64,000 bases of DNA, taken from positions 6,014,001-6,078,000 of the forward strand of contig CP075493.1 in assembly GCA_021613535.1 (NCBI GenBank), written 5' to 3'. Position numbers and translations under genes: made by a program. The notes beneath the pieces are model-generated. The model saw only the letters and a program-made list of their open reading frames with translations. It searched no databases and was not told where the DNA came from. Source of the DNA: Adineta vaga. Lineage: Eukaryota > Animalia > Rotifera. Below are positions 26,996 to 40,803 of this stretch, one piece after another; position 1 is the first letter of the stretch, and every line of letters begins with the position of its first letter.

Positions 26996-27224
26996 TGACT
27001 AAGCAATGCTTAGTAAAATAAATTTGCATATATATACATTGAAATTTTACATCTAGAAAGAAGATTATTGATATATTTTTTTCAATTGTAACTATACATA
27101 TATTTGAATTTTTATGTATGAGAAAGATTTGTTGGTTGTTTTTGCTTAAAGGATGAAAAAAAGAAGAAGAAGAAGGAAGAAAGATACAATAAATGAGACT
27201 GATTGGACAAAGAAAAAAAAATCA

Positions 27225-28063
27225 TTATTGATTTGCTGATGCTGTGGCTTGTCCTTCATGATTATTATTGTCATTATTATTATTATTATTGTTATTTTCA
27301 TTATTTGATGATGATGATTTATCACTGGATTTTTTACTTTCATCATCATTATCATCAGATATTTTTAAATCATTGCTTATTTGATCAGCCATTATTGATT
27401 CTTCGACTAATTTACGTACTTTTGTTTCGTATAAACGACGATTTTCAAGAAATAATTTCGCTGCTTCATTATTTGCAGGAGAATTAGGATTTGGATCATT
27501 TAATAATGAACGAATGGATGTTAATATAGCACAGACATCATATGTTGGACTCCAATTTCGTTGTAAAATATCCAAACAAATACTACCATCAGCATATACT
27601 ATAGATCAAAACAACAGAAAATGTCATAGAGAAGTAACGAATACGTATAAAAACGCTAAAGATTTATTTGCTTTTGGTTACTGTACGTATCGAAGACTTA
27701 CCATTAGGATGAAACATTTTACAAGTAAATCGAACATTTGGCGGTGTCAATGGATAAGTATCTAGAAATATAATTATCATCATTATATGTTCATTAGATA
27801 ATTAATTTCTTGTTTTCTATTTACCTGTAAATTCCATTCGAAGTGTAAATAATCCATCTTCATAGCAAGTATCAGCAGGTCCATCAATTAAAGCATTCCA
27901 TACCCTCATATCATCATCGACAGGAGTAGCATTGATACCTGTTTTAAGTAAATAGAAGAAAGTGGAAGATTAAATAAATTCAAATGTAACCTGGTAATTC
28001 TTCCTTGCGAATTTTTTGTAAATCTTTAAATAAACGTCGTTGACTGGTATTTGGATTCGACAT
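27225..28063 (-). CDS. Rad6/UBE2A-like ubiquitin-conjugating enzyme with C-terminal acidic/Asn extension (4 exons)
   Basis: [17 protein letters not shown]...MFHPN|[22 protein letters not shown]...PNPNSPAN. The catalytic Cys and HPN motif are intact. Confidence 0.9.
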
Positions 28064-28431
28064 TTTACATTCGTTCGATCAATGTTTCTATCTAAACAAC
28101 AGATATATTATTGACTTAAATGCATAAAACTATACATATGACTTGTGTAGGCGAAAGAGGAGGAAAAAAACAACAAAAAAACAATCAAATTTGTACAATT
28201 TGACTGAGTTATTACATAGATTTCTTGCAAGAAGACGAATCATCACAAAAGAATAAAAAAGGAAAACGATGAGAAATGATATAGAATAAAATAAATAAGA
28301 GTATTCCATTTCAATGATAAATCTATATAGTTTATGAAACGATAGAGAGCAGTAGATGTTAAAGTAACAAAACATATGAATGGATGAAATGAATGAAGCA
28401 ATAGAATAAAGAATAGATGGAGACTAGATTA

Positions 28432-28444
28432 CAGCGCTATCTAT
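28432..28444 (-). promoter_or_regulatory. CTCF-like motif in UBE2A-like/COX7B-like divergent promoter
   Basis: Minus strand reads ATAGATAGCGCTG. Confidence 0.4.
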
Positions 28445-28541
28445 CGTAATTTCTCTCATGTCAAAGACAGTTTTTCGTATATCATACTGTTCATTATTGT
28501 ATACAAGCTATTTTTTCCAGATTTTATTCAATCAATTCATT

Positions 28542-28853
28542 ATGTTAGCACGAATAGTAACACCAAGTACAACGATTCTTCCTGTACAAAATCTTACAAG
28601 TATTTATTTCATCAATTCTCGACGAAATACAAGTCATACTAGTAATGAACTTGATCCGTATAGAGCACGTTATGAACGTTTATGGCGACAAAAAGCAACT
28701 TTAGATTGGTTACCAAAAGCACAAGGTGATTGGCATGAGGTTCATGGTAAAAAACAAACGTATTACAATAAGATCCTTCTTACTGGCATTATTTCTTTGG
28801 TTTTATCGTTAATTTATTTACGAACAGTCATTATAAAAGATCAGGTGCATTAA
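28542..28853 (+). CDS. Small mitochondrial single-TM protein, probably of the Deltameth_res/COX7B-like family
   Basis: Basic, Ser/Thr-rich N-terminus resembling a presequence, then ATLDWLPKAQGDW...KKQTYYNKILL and one TM helix. Resembles, from memory, the insect CG7630/COX7B-type motif. The C-terminus is uncertain. Confidence 0.6.
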   Translation: MLARIVTPSTTILPVQNLTSIYFINSRRNTSHTSNELDPYRARYERLWRQKATLDWLPKAQGDWHEVHGKKQTYYNKILLTGIISLVLSLIYLRTVIIKDQVH

Positions 28854-30642
28854 CAACATCTCCATATCATCTTATTGGTAATGAAGATTTTCCTGGTTCA
28901 AAATATGATCATACGAAACAGTAACTCATATGATCTTTTCCAATCATGTACATTTTGATGTTTATTATAACAATACTTTTCGTTACATGTCCACATATGA
29001 AATACTATTACAATACAAAAGCACAATCCTTTTCAGAAACTATCGTTTGAAAGAATATTTTTGATAGTTGTTTTTCTCATGACGTAAATAAAGGTACTCT
29101 TTCATACTAACAATCAACGAATATTCTCGATTTTTTAGTTTTATTTGAGAGAAAAAAATGCATTTAAATAAGAATTTAATAGCATAACATCTTTGATTAT
29201 AAGTGTCAAATCATTAATTCGATGGATTTTGTTTACAATGCGATATCTATAATGAATAACACAAAGATGTAATCTCGTACCTTCAAATCACTAAAAAAAA
29301 CGATGCACAATGTAAATGCGATGAAAGTATTAAATCATCAATATACGTCAAAATAAGATATGACTGAAAATGCAAAGCACAAGGACGTTCGTATCCTTTT
29401 TTTTCGATACGTCTGATTGATACACATCACGATTATCATTGACTAACACGGACTACGGCCTTCGAAATAATAGCCTTGTATACAAGATTCTTCTTTTTTT
29501 CTTCTTATATACATTTGCTTCTTTTCATGAACACGGAAGTATGATTGAGTCTAGTGGACAATCACCATACTGGTTTTAGTGAAAATTTAGAGAGAAAAAA
29601 CGATGAATGTTGTATGCAAAGATAACGAAGGTAGATTAAACGACCATCTTCCTTTTCCGCACGAATAATTTTTTGCTTTTATCTTCGCATATGTTATAAA
29701 CATTAAAAAAGGAAGTACGAAATATCTTAATATAATAGACAAGCCATTAAGTTGGGAGAGTGAAAGAATCATTTAATTTTTGCGCATCTTCATCACACGA
29801 GAAAAAAAACACATTATACATAAACTTTATTTGTACTAATGATAGACGACGAATGAAAGTAAACAAACAAAATAATGTTCTCATCAATGTTATACTGAAT
29901 CTTATTTCACTTGAACTTTAGTTCCGTTGATCGATATATGATGTCAAGATAATTCCGAGTCATTTAATACTTAACCAACGATCAGATTCATATAGCTACA
30001 AATAAGGAGTATCTGTTTGTTTAGTCTATTGTTTCGATTGTGTTATCGATGCAGCAAAAAAGAAAACAAAAGCGAACTTGGAATAAATCATCTTAGAAAA
30101 TACTGTCATTTAAATATTGCATAAACAGATTATATTAGTTTAAATTTATTTAAGCGAATAATATCATTGAAAGATATTGTGTATGTGTTGAAATCGATAG
30201 CAATATAATAGTTTTCACTAACTAAATGCTACCTATTTACATAAACAAAATTAGGCGTCAAAGACATTTTTCATTTTCAAATGCATTCGTTTTTTTTATC
30301 TCGCTTTTTCTTTGATAGCTAACGTCAATCTTTCATACTCTGATGGTTTTTGCGAAATTTTCTCTGAGCAAACCTGCCTAATAGGATAGAATATATGAGT
30401 AATGATCCAGATCAATCAAGAGAAAAAAATGTACAAACCATAGAGAGACTAGCGAAAAAGTGACGTTAGCCAATAATATTGATTTATTCAAGGCTACTAC
30501 CTAAAAACAAAAGAGAAAAGATTATGGACATCGTCGAAAAAAAAAGATGGGGAAAAAAAGTATATAAACTGGTGGTTTTCATACATGATCACACATTCGT
30601 TTTCATTTTTCCTTTGAATATCACCTCGTCGAAAACACAAAG

Positions 30643-31588
30643 ATGTACGCTCCTCCACCAGCTGCTGCTCCCGGTGGTGCTGCCAGGTTAGTGAACGAAT
30701 CTTCACATTTCAGCACTTTCATATCTTGCAATCTTTATGTTGAATAGAACCGGATTGGCTGCCAGTGGTCCAATTTTGGCTATCTGCTGTCTCTTATTTA
30801 TCCTGTTCTTGATCGCATCAACAATCGTTCTTGCATTAATTCCTGTGTATCTTTCAACACGCGATAGCACTGCGAGTAAGAATATCGTTTATGATAAAAT
30901 CTACTCAACTTTGATGCATTGTACTGTTTTTATTTAGCTGGTAAAAGTCCAAGTTATCTTCTTGATCTAGACCAAACCGATTCTACTACTAATAAAAAAC
31001 GCGCTACCATCACAAGCTTCGATGAAGGTCAAGAGTTAGATTCAGATTCACGTACAAATACCGCCAATGCAGTAAATATATTTGAACATACAAATACATA
31101 ATCAAGAGTTTTATTAAAAATACATATTTTTTTATAGGTAATATCTAAATTGGGTTTGTCAAGTGGCGCATTTCTTGTGGATCAGTGTATAACTAAATAT
31201 ATTACTTCACGTAAACGACGAGGATTGTAAGTGTTACAAAAAATATTAACGGATTAAATGTATTACTTGTTCTAAAATTACTAGCGGTCTCTTACGAGAA
31301 GCACGTGCTAGTAGTCCAAAACTCTTTTGCAAAGTTCGTTTCAATTTGGCAAGATGTGGAAGATGTGGTGCTACGTCATTTCTCCAAAGCATTTCAACTT
31401 TCGTCATCACAGTTTCACAAACTCTTCTAGTTAGCGGGTCCCCTGTATCACGAAGAATAACGTATTTGTGTAAACTTACTCTTTCAAGTAGGTTTTATGT
31501 TTCATATGTACAGTACAAAACTTTTGCTCTTTTAGTTGCTGGCTACCCATCATCTTCCAGTACAGCCACTGGAAAAGTCCTTGGTTAA
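30643..31588 (+). CDS. Unrecognised type II membrane protein, family copy 1 (6 exons)
   Basis: MYAPPPAAAPGGAAR-TGLAASGP-TM (ILAICCLLFILFLIASTIVLALIPVYL)-module with KKR, SRKRRGF, LFCKVRFNLARCGRC and YLCKL, ending ...TGKVLG*. All introns are GT-AG and in phase. TATA box upstream. Confidence 0.85.
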
Positions 31589-33965
31589 ATGGCCGAAAAA
31601 AATAATTCAAAGACATCTATTTTTATTCTTCTCCACTATTTTTCATACTAATCTTCTCTATGCTAATTCACAACTAAAACACATCCATTTCATTCTGAGA
31701 TTCCTCATCATATTTATCTCTCGATTGAACATTTCGTGGAATAAATACAGTTTTCTTTCTTACTCTGGTGAATGAAAACTTCCACATTCGGTTATTTTGT
31801 CTCTGATCATACAAAAACTAACGAAAAATATGTCTCATCTTTTTTTCCATCCTTTTTCTCATCAATAAAGTATTCATTTTACCTCTTACAGTTGGCTAAA
31901 AATCATTTTCATTGATTCGCATGAATAGTTTTCTCATTATGAAAAGTTTAATATCACATCCTGTGTTTTCTTCGTCTAAATTATCTTATGATTGACGCGA
32001 TGTACCTTGATGTAGACATTTCATTAATGAATAAAATCATGCTTTTAATATCTATGAAGAAAAACACAAGACTTAATTTCGTACATCGTATAGTGTACCT
32101 AAGTACTCTTATCACTATTGATTATCATTTGATTATATGCCCCTCATGATATTTCGTACTCTTACTCTTTTGAAAATATTTCCATCTGAATGGATATTTA
32201 CGAGAAGGCCCACGAGCTCATCGACCACATGAGACACTCGTGAAAGAAGTTTTCTAAATTTTACATTCTCATTCGATTCAGTATCGTTTCGAATCTCAAA
32301 TCTAACTCCCTACCCCGTTTTGTCCAATTGCTGAAAAGTATGATCCATTTTACTATTGAACATTCTCCAAGATATGGAAATAATACAAGTCAAAATTCTC
32401 TTTAAATCTACAGTTTTTTCTACTTACAAGAAGTTAACGATAGATTCTTGCGTCAAATACCAAACGAAACAGTGTGGAAAGCTAAAACATAGATAGTTAT
32501 TTATATATTACTTTGGAATGAAATAATTCAGAACCGTCGAGGATTGCACATTTTGTATGCAGAATAATATCTCCTATCTCTAGCATATTGATCGTCATTA
32601 ATAACTCTTCTTGGATCCCAACGTTGCATTTCAGATATTTTATACAACTTTGTCTCTTCTAAGAAACGGTACAAAAGAGGTGGAAAAGAAATTTGCGCTT
32701 GATATCTAACTTGGTTCACATTTTCGTGGTATTAGATCGATTTTTACGATTTTTGATAAGAATCAAATATTTTGTGCTCATTTTAATGATTACGATATTC
32801 GAAATCAGTGTCAGCCTTTGTAGCCACTCATGATGCAAATAGAGGATCGACATTGTCTCACTGAAAAACTCAAAAATGCCCTTCTATTCATTGCAATACT
32901 TTTGAATTATATCCAATTTTTGTTTATGAATAGCAAGAGAGAAGAATATAACATATGTGTTCGATTCATTAGTGAGTAGTGACTTTAAATCTTTACAAAA
33001 CTAAAATAAGGTGAAAATACAACAAAAACTGCATATCACTATCATTATTAATCCACTTTAACCATTTCTGACTAAACTTCATATCTTAAGATATGGACCA
33101 ACACGTTTATATCAAAATAATTCAAGGGAATTCGAACGACAGTAATATCTTGAACATTATAAATGAGCAAGAGAAATTTGTCTCTCATTTTGTCTTCATT
33201 GAGGATTAATATTTATTTTGATGGCAGATTCGTCACTTTAGGTTTAATCAGGCAATGAAGAGCACATAAAATAGTTTTGACTAGGGATCACCGATACTAT
33301 AATTCGCAGTGAAAAACCAAAAGTTAGATTAAAATATATCCTGATGCAGAATAAGTGATACAGAAAAATTGTTACTAGTCTCTGTTGGTTTACTCGAAGC
33401 TATGATTATGGGACTATAGTTCAAAGTATTTTCCTACTTAAAATCGTCGATCTGTGACAAAAAATCAGTTCTCTGGTGTACAGAACGACTATGAAGCAAG
33501 TGAATGATTTCGAGCAATAAATAAGATATCGATCAATAGGCAATTCATAGAAACCAGTAAGAACCTGAAATCGGACATCTCATCTATTTAAATAACAAAA
33601 TAGTATACTTCTGGAATAAATTTCAATTATTTAGTTGAATTATCTGTCATTTCTCTAGAATGTAAAGTAAATATATGTGCATCATACTCTGATGTTATTT
33701 CGGAATTTTCTTTCAGTAGACTTGCCTAATATGATAGAATATATGAGTAATAATTCTGATCAATCAAAAGAAAAAGGTATCAACGATAGACAGACTAATG
33801 AAAAAATGATGGTAGTCAAGAATGTTAATTTCTTCAAGGTTATCAGCTAAAATCACGAGAAAAATAAGGTGAGAGAAAACGGTATATAAACTGGTGATTT
33901 TCATACATGATCATACATTCGTTTTCATTTTTTCCTTTGAATATCACCTCGTCAAAACTACAAGG

Positions 33966-35551
33966 ATGTACGCTCCTCCACCAGCTGCTGCTCCCGGCGG
34001 TGCTGCCAGGTTAGTGAACGAATCTTTTTAGATTAGTGCTTTCATATGTTGCAATTTTTATGTTGAATAGAAGTGGCTTGGCTGCCAGTGGTCCAATTTT
34101 GGCTATCTGCTGTCTCTTATTTATCCTGTTCTTGATCGCATCAACAATCGTTCTGGCATTAATTCCTGTTTATCTCTCAACACGTGATAGCACTTCAAGT
34201 AAGCATTTCATTTATGACAACATCTATTCAATTCTGATTCACTGTACTGTTTTTATGTAGGTTCTAAAAGCTCACCTTATACTCTCACAGGAACACCTGG
34301 CAGCATTATAGGTGAAGATCGCAAGCGCACGTCTTACAGCGCCCTGACTGAAGGCAGTTTGGATTCAAGCGTACCGACAGCAATCGCTAACGCAGTAAAT
34401 ATTCAAATATATAAAGACGAAGTCAAAATTTTTATTTAAAATCTATATAATTTTCTAGATGATATCGGCATTGAGTCTGCAAAGCGGTTCAGTCCTTGTA
34501 GACACTTGTTTAATTTCATCATCGAGTTCGCGTAAACGACGAGGATTGTAAATACTCAGAATTGTAATCAAAACCAGAATGTATTAAGTTTTTAATAATT
34601 TTTAGTGGTCTCCTACGAGAATATCGTGATACCATTCCGAAACTCATTTGTTTATTTCGCTTTGAGAAGACGAAATGTACGAAGTGTGGTGCTTCATCAT
34701 ATCTCAATAGCATTAAAAGCTTCACTATGACAGCTTCACATAAGGCTACACCTATTGGTAAATCCGCATCTATACAATTAATAATCCTGTATAGCTGTGT
34801 ACTCTCAACAAGCACTAGCACTGCGAGTAAGAATGTTGTTTATGAGAAAATCTATTGAATTGTGATGTATTGTACTATTTTTATTTAGCTGGTGAAAGTC
34901 CAAGTTATCTTCTCACTGCAGACCCTACCGCCATTACAGATACTAGTGGTAAGCGCGCTGACTACCAAAGCTTCGATGCAGATCAAGAGTTAGATTCAGA
35001 TTCACGTACAAATACCGCCAATGCAGTAAATATATTTGAATATATAATCACATAATCAAGATTTTTCTTAAAAATTCATATTCTTTTATAGGTAATATCT
35101 ACATTGGGTTTGTCAAGTGGTGCCTTTCTTGTAGATCAGTGTAGAACTGCATATACTACTTCACGTAAACGACGAGGATTGTAAGTATTGAAAAGTATAT
35201 TCACGAATTAAATGTATGACTTGTTCTAAAATTTCTAGCGACATCTTACGAGAAGCTCGTGCTACTAATGGTGTAAAACTCTTTTGCAAAGTTCGTTTCG
35301 ATTATGCGAAATGCGGAAGATGCAGTTCTACGTCGTATCTCCAAAGCATTTCAAATTTCGCCATCACAGCTACACAAAGTATTAAAATTTCTGGTGAATC
35401 ATCAGTTCCAAAGCGAATATTCACATATTCGTGTAAACTCACTCTCTCAGGTAAGTTTTATGTTTGATATGTACAGTACAAAACTTTCGCTCTTTTAGAT
35501 GCTGGGTATCCAACATCTACTAGCGGATTCACTGGAGCAGTGTCTGGTTAA
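33966..35551 (+). CDS. Unrecognised type II membrane protein, family copy 2, with two tandem extracellular modules
   Basis: Same leader and TM exons. A divergent module (about 34261-34826) splices in phase to a second module (about 34889-35551) that ends GFTGAVSG*. Confidence 0.82.
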
Positions 35552-36704
35552 ATGCCCGAAAAAATAATTCAAAGACATCTATTTTTATTCTTCTCCACTA
35601 TTTTTCATACTAATCTTCTCTATGCTAATTCACAACTAAAACACATCCATTTCATTCTGAGATTCCTCATCATATTTATCTCTCGATTGAACATTTCGTG
35701 AATAACGGAAAAATATATCCCATCTTTTTTCTTCATTCTTTTTCTCATCAATAAATTATTCGTTTTACCTCTTGCATTTGGATAAATATCATTTTCATTG
35801 ATTTGCATGAATAGGTTTCTCATTATGAAAGGTTTAATATCACATCCTGTGTTTTCTTCGTCTAAATTATCTTATGATTGACGCGATGCACCTTGATTTA
35901 GACATTTGAATGATAAATAAAATCATGCTTTCAATATCTATGAAGAAAAACACAAGACTTAATTTCGTACATCGTAGTTGTCATGTGATTATATAACTGT
36001 ATAATATTTCATACACTTATTCTTAAAAAGATAGTTTCTATCTCTATGAATATTTCAAAGAAGGACCAAGAGCCCATCGACCATACTAGACACTCATGAG
36101 ATAAGTTTTCTAAATTTTACATTCTCCTTAGATTCAGTATCATTTCGAATCTCAAATCTATATTCCTACCCCATCTGGTCCACTGCTGTAAAGTTTGATC
36201 AATTTTACTATTGAACATTCTCCAAGATATGGAAATAATACAAGTCAAAATTCTTTTTAAATCTACAGTTTTTTCTACTTACAAGAAGTTAACGATAGAT
36301 TCTTGTGTCAAATACCAAACGGAACAGATAGATAGTTATTTATATATTACCTTTGAATGGAATAATTCGGAATTATCTATTCACAACCATCGTAGAGTGC
36401 TCATTTTTTTATGCAAGGTAATATCTCCTATCTCTAGCATATTGGTCGTCATTAATATATTTTCCCGGATCCCCAAGTTGAATTTCAAATATGCTGTATA
36501 ACTTCTTCTCTTCTAAGAAACGATACAAAAGAGGTGGAAAAGAAGTTTCCGCTTAAGATCAAAGCACAGCTCAGATCGCTTGGGTATTTGATAGCTTTTT
36601 ACGATTTTTGATAAATACCAAATATTTTTACTGACTCTCATGATCATGATACTCGAAATCAGCGTCAGCCTTCGTAGCGACTCATCATCAAAACATAACA
36701 CCTA

Positions 36705-37433
36705 CACTAGAGTGCAAAAACCATTGCCCTCTATACGTACTTTTTTTTGACAAGAGATCTTGAGAAATGTTTTGAAGTTTTTCTTGAAAAAGATATCAAA
36801 AATGATTTTAGACCAATATCTGTTTGCACAACATCAAAATAGTCGGAAGCAGCATCAGTTACAGAGAATGCTATCATGACGATATTCTATTTCGTGAGAA
36901 AACAGAGTAGAAGTTTCAATTACATTTTCATATAATCATTCAAAACTATCTCTTCAATTTGAGTTTCAAGACGACAATCTTGACTCGAATTTCACAAAAA
37001 TGCCTCTATTTCACTGAAATCGTCAAACGACAACAGAGTTTCTAGCTTTAACTAAGTTTACTCGCCGAAAAAATGGACGACATCATCAAATTGATATTAA
37101 GTGAACTTAAAGTTAATACATCAGAAATCATCTAATCTATAATAAAACATCCCACTTAAGAAAAAAATGATCAAAACTTCATCATTTGAACAGTTTTCCT
37201 CGTGCAATATTTGAGAAAACTAAATAAGTTAGTCTAAATAATTTTATCCAGTCGATAGCAATCAGATATTTCTGTCATAGACAATTCAAAGAAACACCGA
37301 ATCAGATAATTGTTTTGCTAATTTTGTAGTTCGTCCTATGCCTTATCTATCAGTATGTGTGATGATTATAATTAGCATACACATTCAAAGATATACATAA
37401 AATACTAAGGGCTAACACTTTTGCACCTGACTG
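36705..37433. mobile_element. Degenerate non-autonomous Tc1/mariner-like element
   Basis: Absent from the homologous spacer after copy 1 (about 32840-32860) and flanked by TA on both sides. Imperfect TIRs: CACTAGAGTGCAAAAACCATTGCCCT versus reverse complement CAGTCAGGTGCAAAAGTGTTAGCCCT. No intact ORF. Confidence 0.65.
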
Positions 37434-38951
37434 TATATAGAACGACAGTTTATCACTGAAAAACTCAAAAATTGCACTTCTATACAATGCAGTACTTTTG
37501 AATTATATGTACTTTTCGTTTATGATTAACAAGAGAGAACAAAATAAAGTGTCTGTTCAATCCATTAATGAGTGTTGACTTCATACCTCAACGAAACCAA
37601 TATACGATAAAAATATAACAAAAACTGTAAACCACTATTGTTATTAATTCGCTTTAACCATTTTGGACTTAGTTCCATCTCTCCGGATTTAGATCAACAC
37701 CTTCATAGATAAATAATCGAATGAAATCTGAACTACAGTAAGATCTTGAAGACCAAAGCGAGAATGAATGTTTATTTCCGAAGTGTAGAATCTGGCCTTC
37801 TGTGCCAACGTACTGGAAGAAAGTTTTCCTCTTAGAATTATGTTTTAAAAAGAATGATTAGCTCTAAAGAAGTTTTTCTATGCGGAGAAGTAGAAAGAGA
37901 TTTTTGTTTTGTATTATGGATTGAATTCGTAATAGCTTTATCCTTTCCTTAAGTTTTATGAGAAACGTATTCCTTAAAAAAGGCATATTCGTTTATGATA
38001 ATAGCAAGAGAAATTTGTCTATTATTTTGTCTTCATTGAGGATTAATATTTATTTTGATGGCAGATTCGTCATTTTAGGTTTAATCAGGCAATGAAGAGC
38101 ACATAAAATAGTTTTGACTAGGGATCACCGATACTATAATTCGCAGTGAAAAACCAAAAGTTAGATAAAAATATATGCTGATGCAGAATAAGTGATACAG
38201 AAAAATTGTTACTAGTGTTTGTTTGTTCACACAAAGCTAAGATTATGGAACTGTAGTTTAAAGTGTTTTTCTACTTAAAATGTGTCGATCTGCAAGAAAA
38301 ATTCACTTCTCTATATACAGGACGACCATGAAGCTGGTGAATGATTTCTATCATGTTTATCATTCAAAGCGATATCTTTCACGAACCTCCTAACCTTCTT
38401 CAAAATTATTATTTGAAATGAGTATGGGATATGCGTCCACAGTTTTCGATTTCATACAAACTAAATAACTGATTTAGAGCAGTATATGAGATATCGAGTA
38501 AAGGGCAATTGGTAGAAACTGGTAATAGCATCAGATCTGACACCTCATCAGTTTAAGTAATAAAATGTTATACATCTGGAATAAATTTCAAATTTAGTTC
38601 ACATATCTGACACTTCTTTAGAATGTAAAATAAATAAAAGTGCATCTTACTCTAATGGCTTTGGCAAAATTTTCGCTTGACGGACTTACCTAATATGATA
38701 CAATATATGAGTAATAATTTTGATCAATAAAGAGAAAAAGTACAAACGATAGAGAGATTAGAGAAAAAATGACATTAGCCAATAATGTTAATTTCTTCAA
38801 GGTTATCAGCTAAAATCAAGAGAAAAAGTCATGAATATCGTCGAAAAAAATAAGGTAGGAGCATACGGTATATAAACTGGTGATTTTCATACATGATTAT
38901 ACATTCGTTTTCATTTTTTCCTTTGAATATCCCCTCGTCAAAACTATAAGG

Positions 38952-39904
38952 ATGTACGCTCCTCCACCAGCTGTTGCTCCCGGCGGTGCTGCCAGGTTAG
39001 TGAACGAATCTTCAGATTTCAGCACTTTCATATCTTGCAATTTTTCTGCTGAATAGAACCGGTTTAGCTGCCAGTGGCCCAATTTTAGCTATCTGCTGTC
39101 TCTTATTTATCCTGTTCTTGATCGCATCAACAATCGTTCTTGCATTAATTCCTGTGTATCTCTCAACACGCGATAGCACTGCGAGTAAGAATATCGTTTA
39201 TGACAACATCTATTCAATTGTGATGCATTGTACTACTTTTATTTAGCTGGTAAAAGTCCAAGCTATCTTCTCACTGCAGACCCTACCGGCTTTCCAGACA
39301 ATAATGGTAAACGTGCCACCGCCTACGAAAGCTTCGATGCAGATCATGATTTAAATTCAGAATCATGTACAAATACCGCTAATGCAGTAAATATATTTGA
39401 ATATAAAAATACACAATCAAGATTTTTCTTAAAAATACATATTTTTTTTATAGGTAACATCTAAACTGAGTTTGTCAAGTGGTGCTTTTCTTGTAGATCA
39501 GTGTAGAACTGCATCTAGTGCACGTAAGCGACGAGGATTGTAAGTATTGAAAAGTATATTCACGAATTAAATGTATGACTTATTTTAATATTTCTAGTGG
39601 TCTCTTACGAGAAGCACGTACCAATAATGGTGTAAAACTTTTTTGCAAAGTTCGTTTCAACTATGCAAAATGTGGAAGATGTAGTGCTACGTCATTTCTC
39701 CAAAGCATTTCAACTTTCATCATCACAGTTTTACAAACTCTTCAAATTCGTGGGGACTCTGTAACACTAAGAGTAACGTATTCGTGTAAACTAACTCTCT
39801 CAGGTAAGTTCTATATATGATATGTACAATACATAACTTTTGCTCTTTTAGATGCTGGTTATCCTACATCTACTAGTGGGATCACTGGAAAAGTCCTTGG
39901 TTAA
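38952..39904 (+). CDS. Unrecognised type II membrane protein, family copy 3
   Basis: Same 6-exon structure. GKR, ARKRRGF, LFCKVRFNYAKCGRC and YSCKL, ending TGKVLG*. Confidence 0.85.
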
Positions 39905-40803
39905 ACGCCCGAAAAAAGCAACTCAGAGACATTTATTTTCATTCTTCCACAATATTTCTCATACTAATCTTCTCTATACTAATCCGCAACCAAAACAAAT
40001 CCATTTCACTCTGAAATTATTCATCACATTTATCTTTCGATTGAATATTTCGTGGAATAAATATGGTTTTTTTCTTTTTCTTGCCAATGAAAACTTTTAT
40101 CCATTCTTTTTCGCTTCAATAAATCATTCGTTTTATGTCGTATAGTGGGCTAAATATCATTTTCATTGATTTGCATGAATAATTTTATGATTATGACACA
40201 TTTTATATCACGTCTTTTGTTTTCTTTGTCTTCATACTATTATAGTTAACGCATTATACACATTGATTTAGACGTTTGAGTGATTAATAAAAACATGACT
40301 TAATTTCGTTTTTCGTATAGAGTATCTAAGTATTCTTGTCACTATTGATTGTCATTTGATTATATGCTCCTATAATATTTCGTGCACTTATTCTTATAAA
40401 GATATTTTCAATCTCAATGAATATTTGAGAGAGGCCCCATCGACCATAGGAGACACTCGTGAAAAGAGTTTTTTAAATTTTACATTCTCATTAGATTCAG
40501 TATCATTTGAAAGCCCAAATTCAAATTCCTACTAGATTTGGTCCAATTGCTGAAGAGTTCGATCAATTTTACTCTTCAACATTCTCCACGATATGTAAAT
40601 AATGCAACTGAAAATTTTCTTCAAATGTTTTAGCTTCTGCTATTTGCAAGAAGTTAACGATACTTTCTTGTTTCATGTGCCGAACAAAGTAGTGTGGAAA
40701 GCTAGAACAAAGATAGTTATTTATATTCGAATAGAATAATTCAGAATTATTTATTCACAACCATTGAGGATTGCGTATTTTTTATGTGATATAACCTATG
40801 TCT

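Noticed and set aside
31200-31310. RKRR|GFGLL resembles the influenza haemagglutinin cleavage site and fusion peptide (RKKR|GLFG)
   Set aside because: The hydrophobic stretch is only five residues and is followed by REAR. One copy has Asp in it, the topology is type II, and the genes have normal introns, so there is no support for a viral fusogen.
33600-33760. Heat-shock, STAT, NF-kB or AP-1-like words (TTCTGGAA, GGAATTTTC, TGAGTAA) upstream of array copies
   Set aside because: Short partial matches in AT-rich DNA, and their recurrence is explained by recent duplication.
36211-36701. ORFs in the array spacers (also 32528-32719 and 41357-41738)
   Set aside because: Reading frames are not conserved between homologous spacers, which carry indels and stops.
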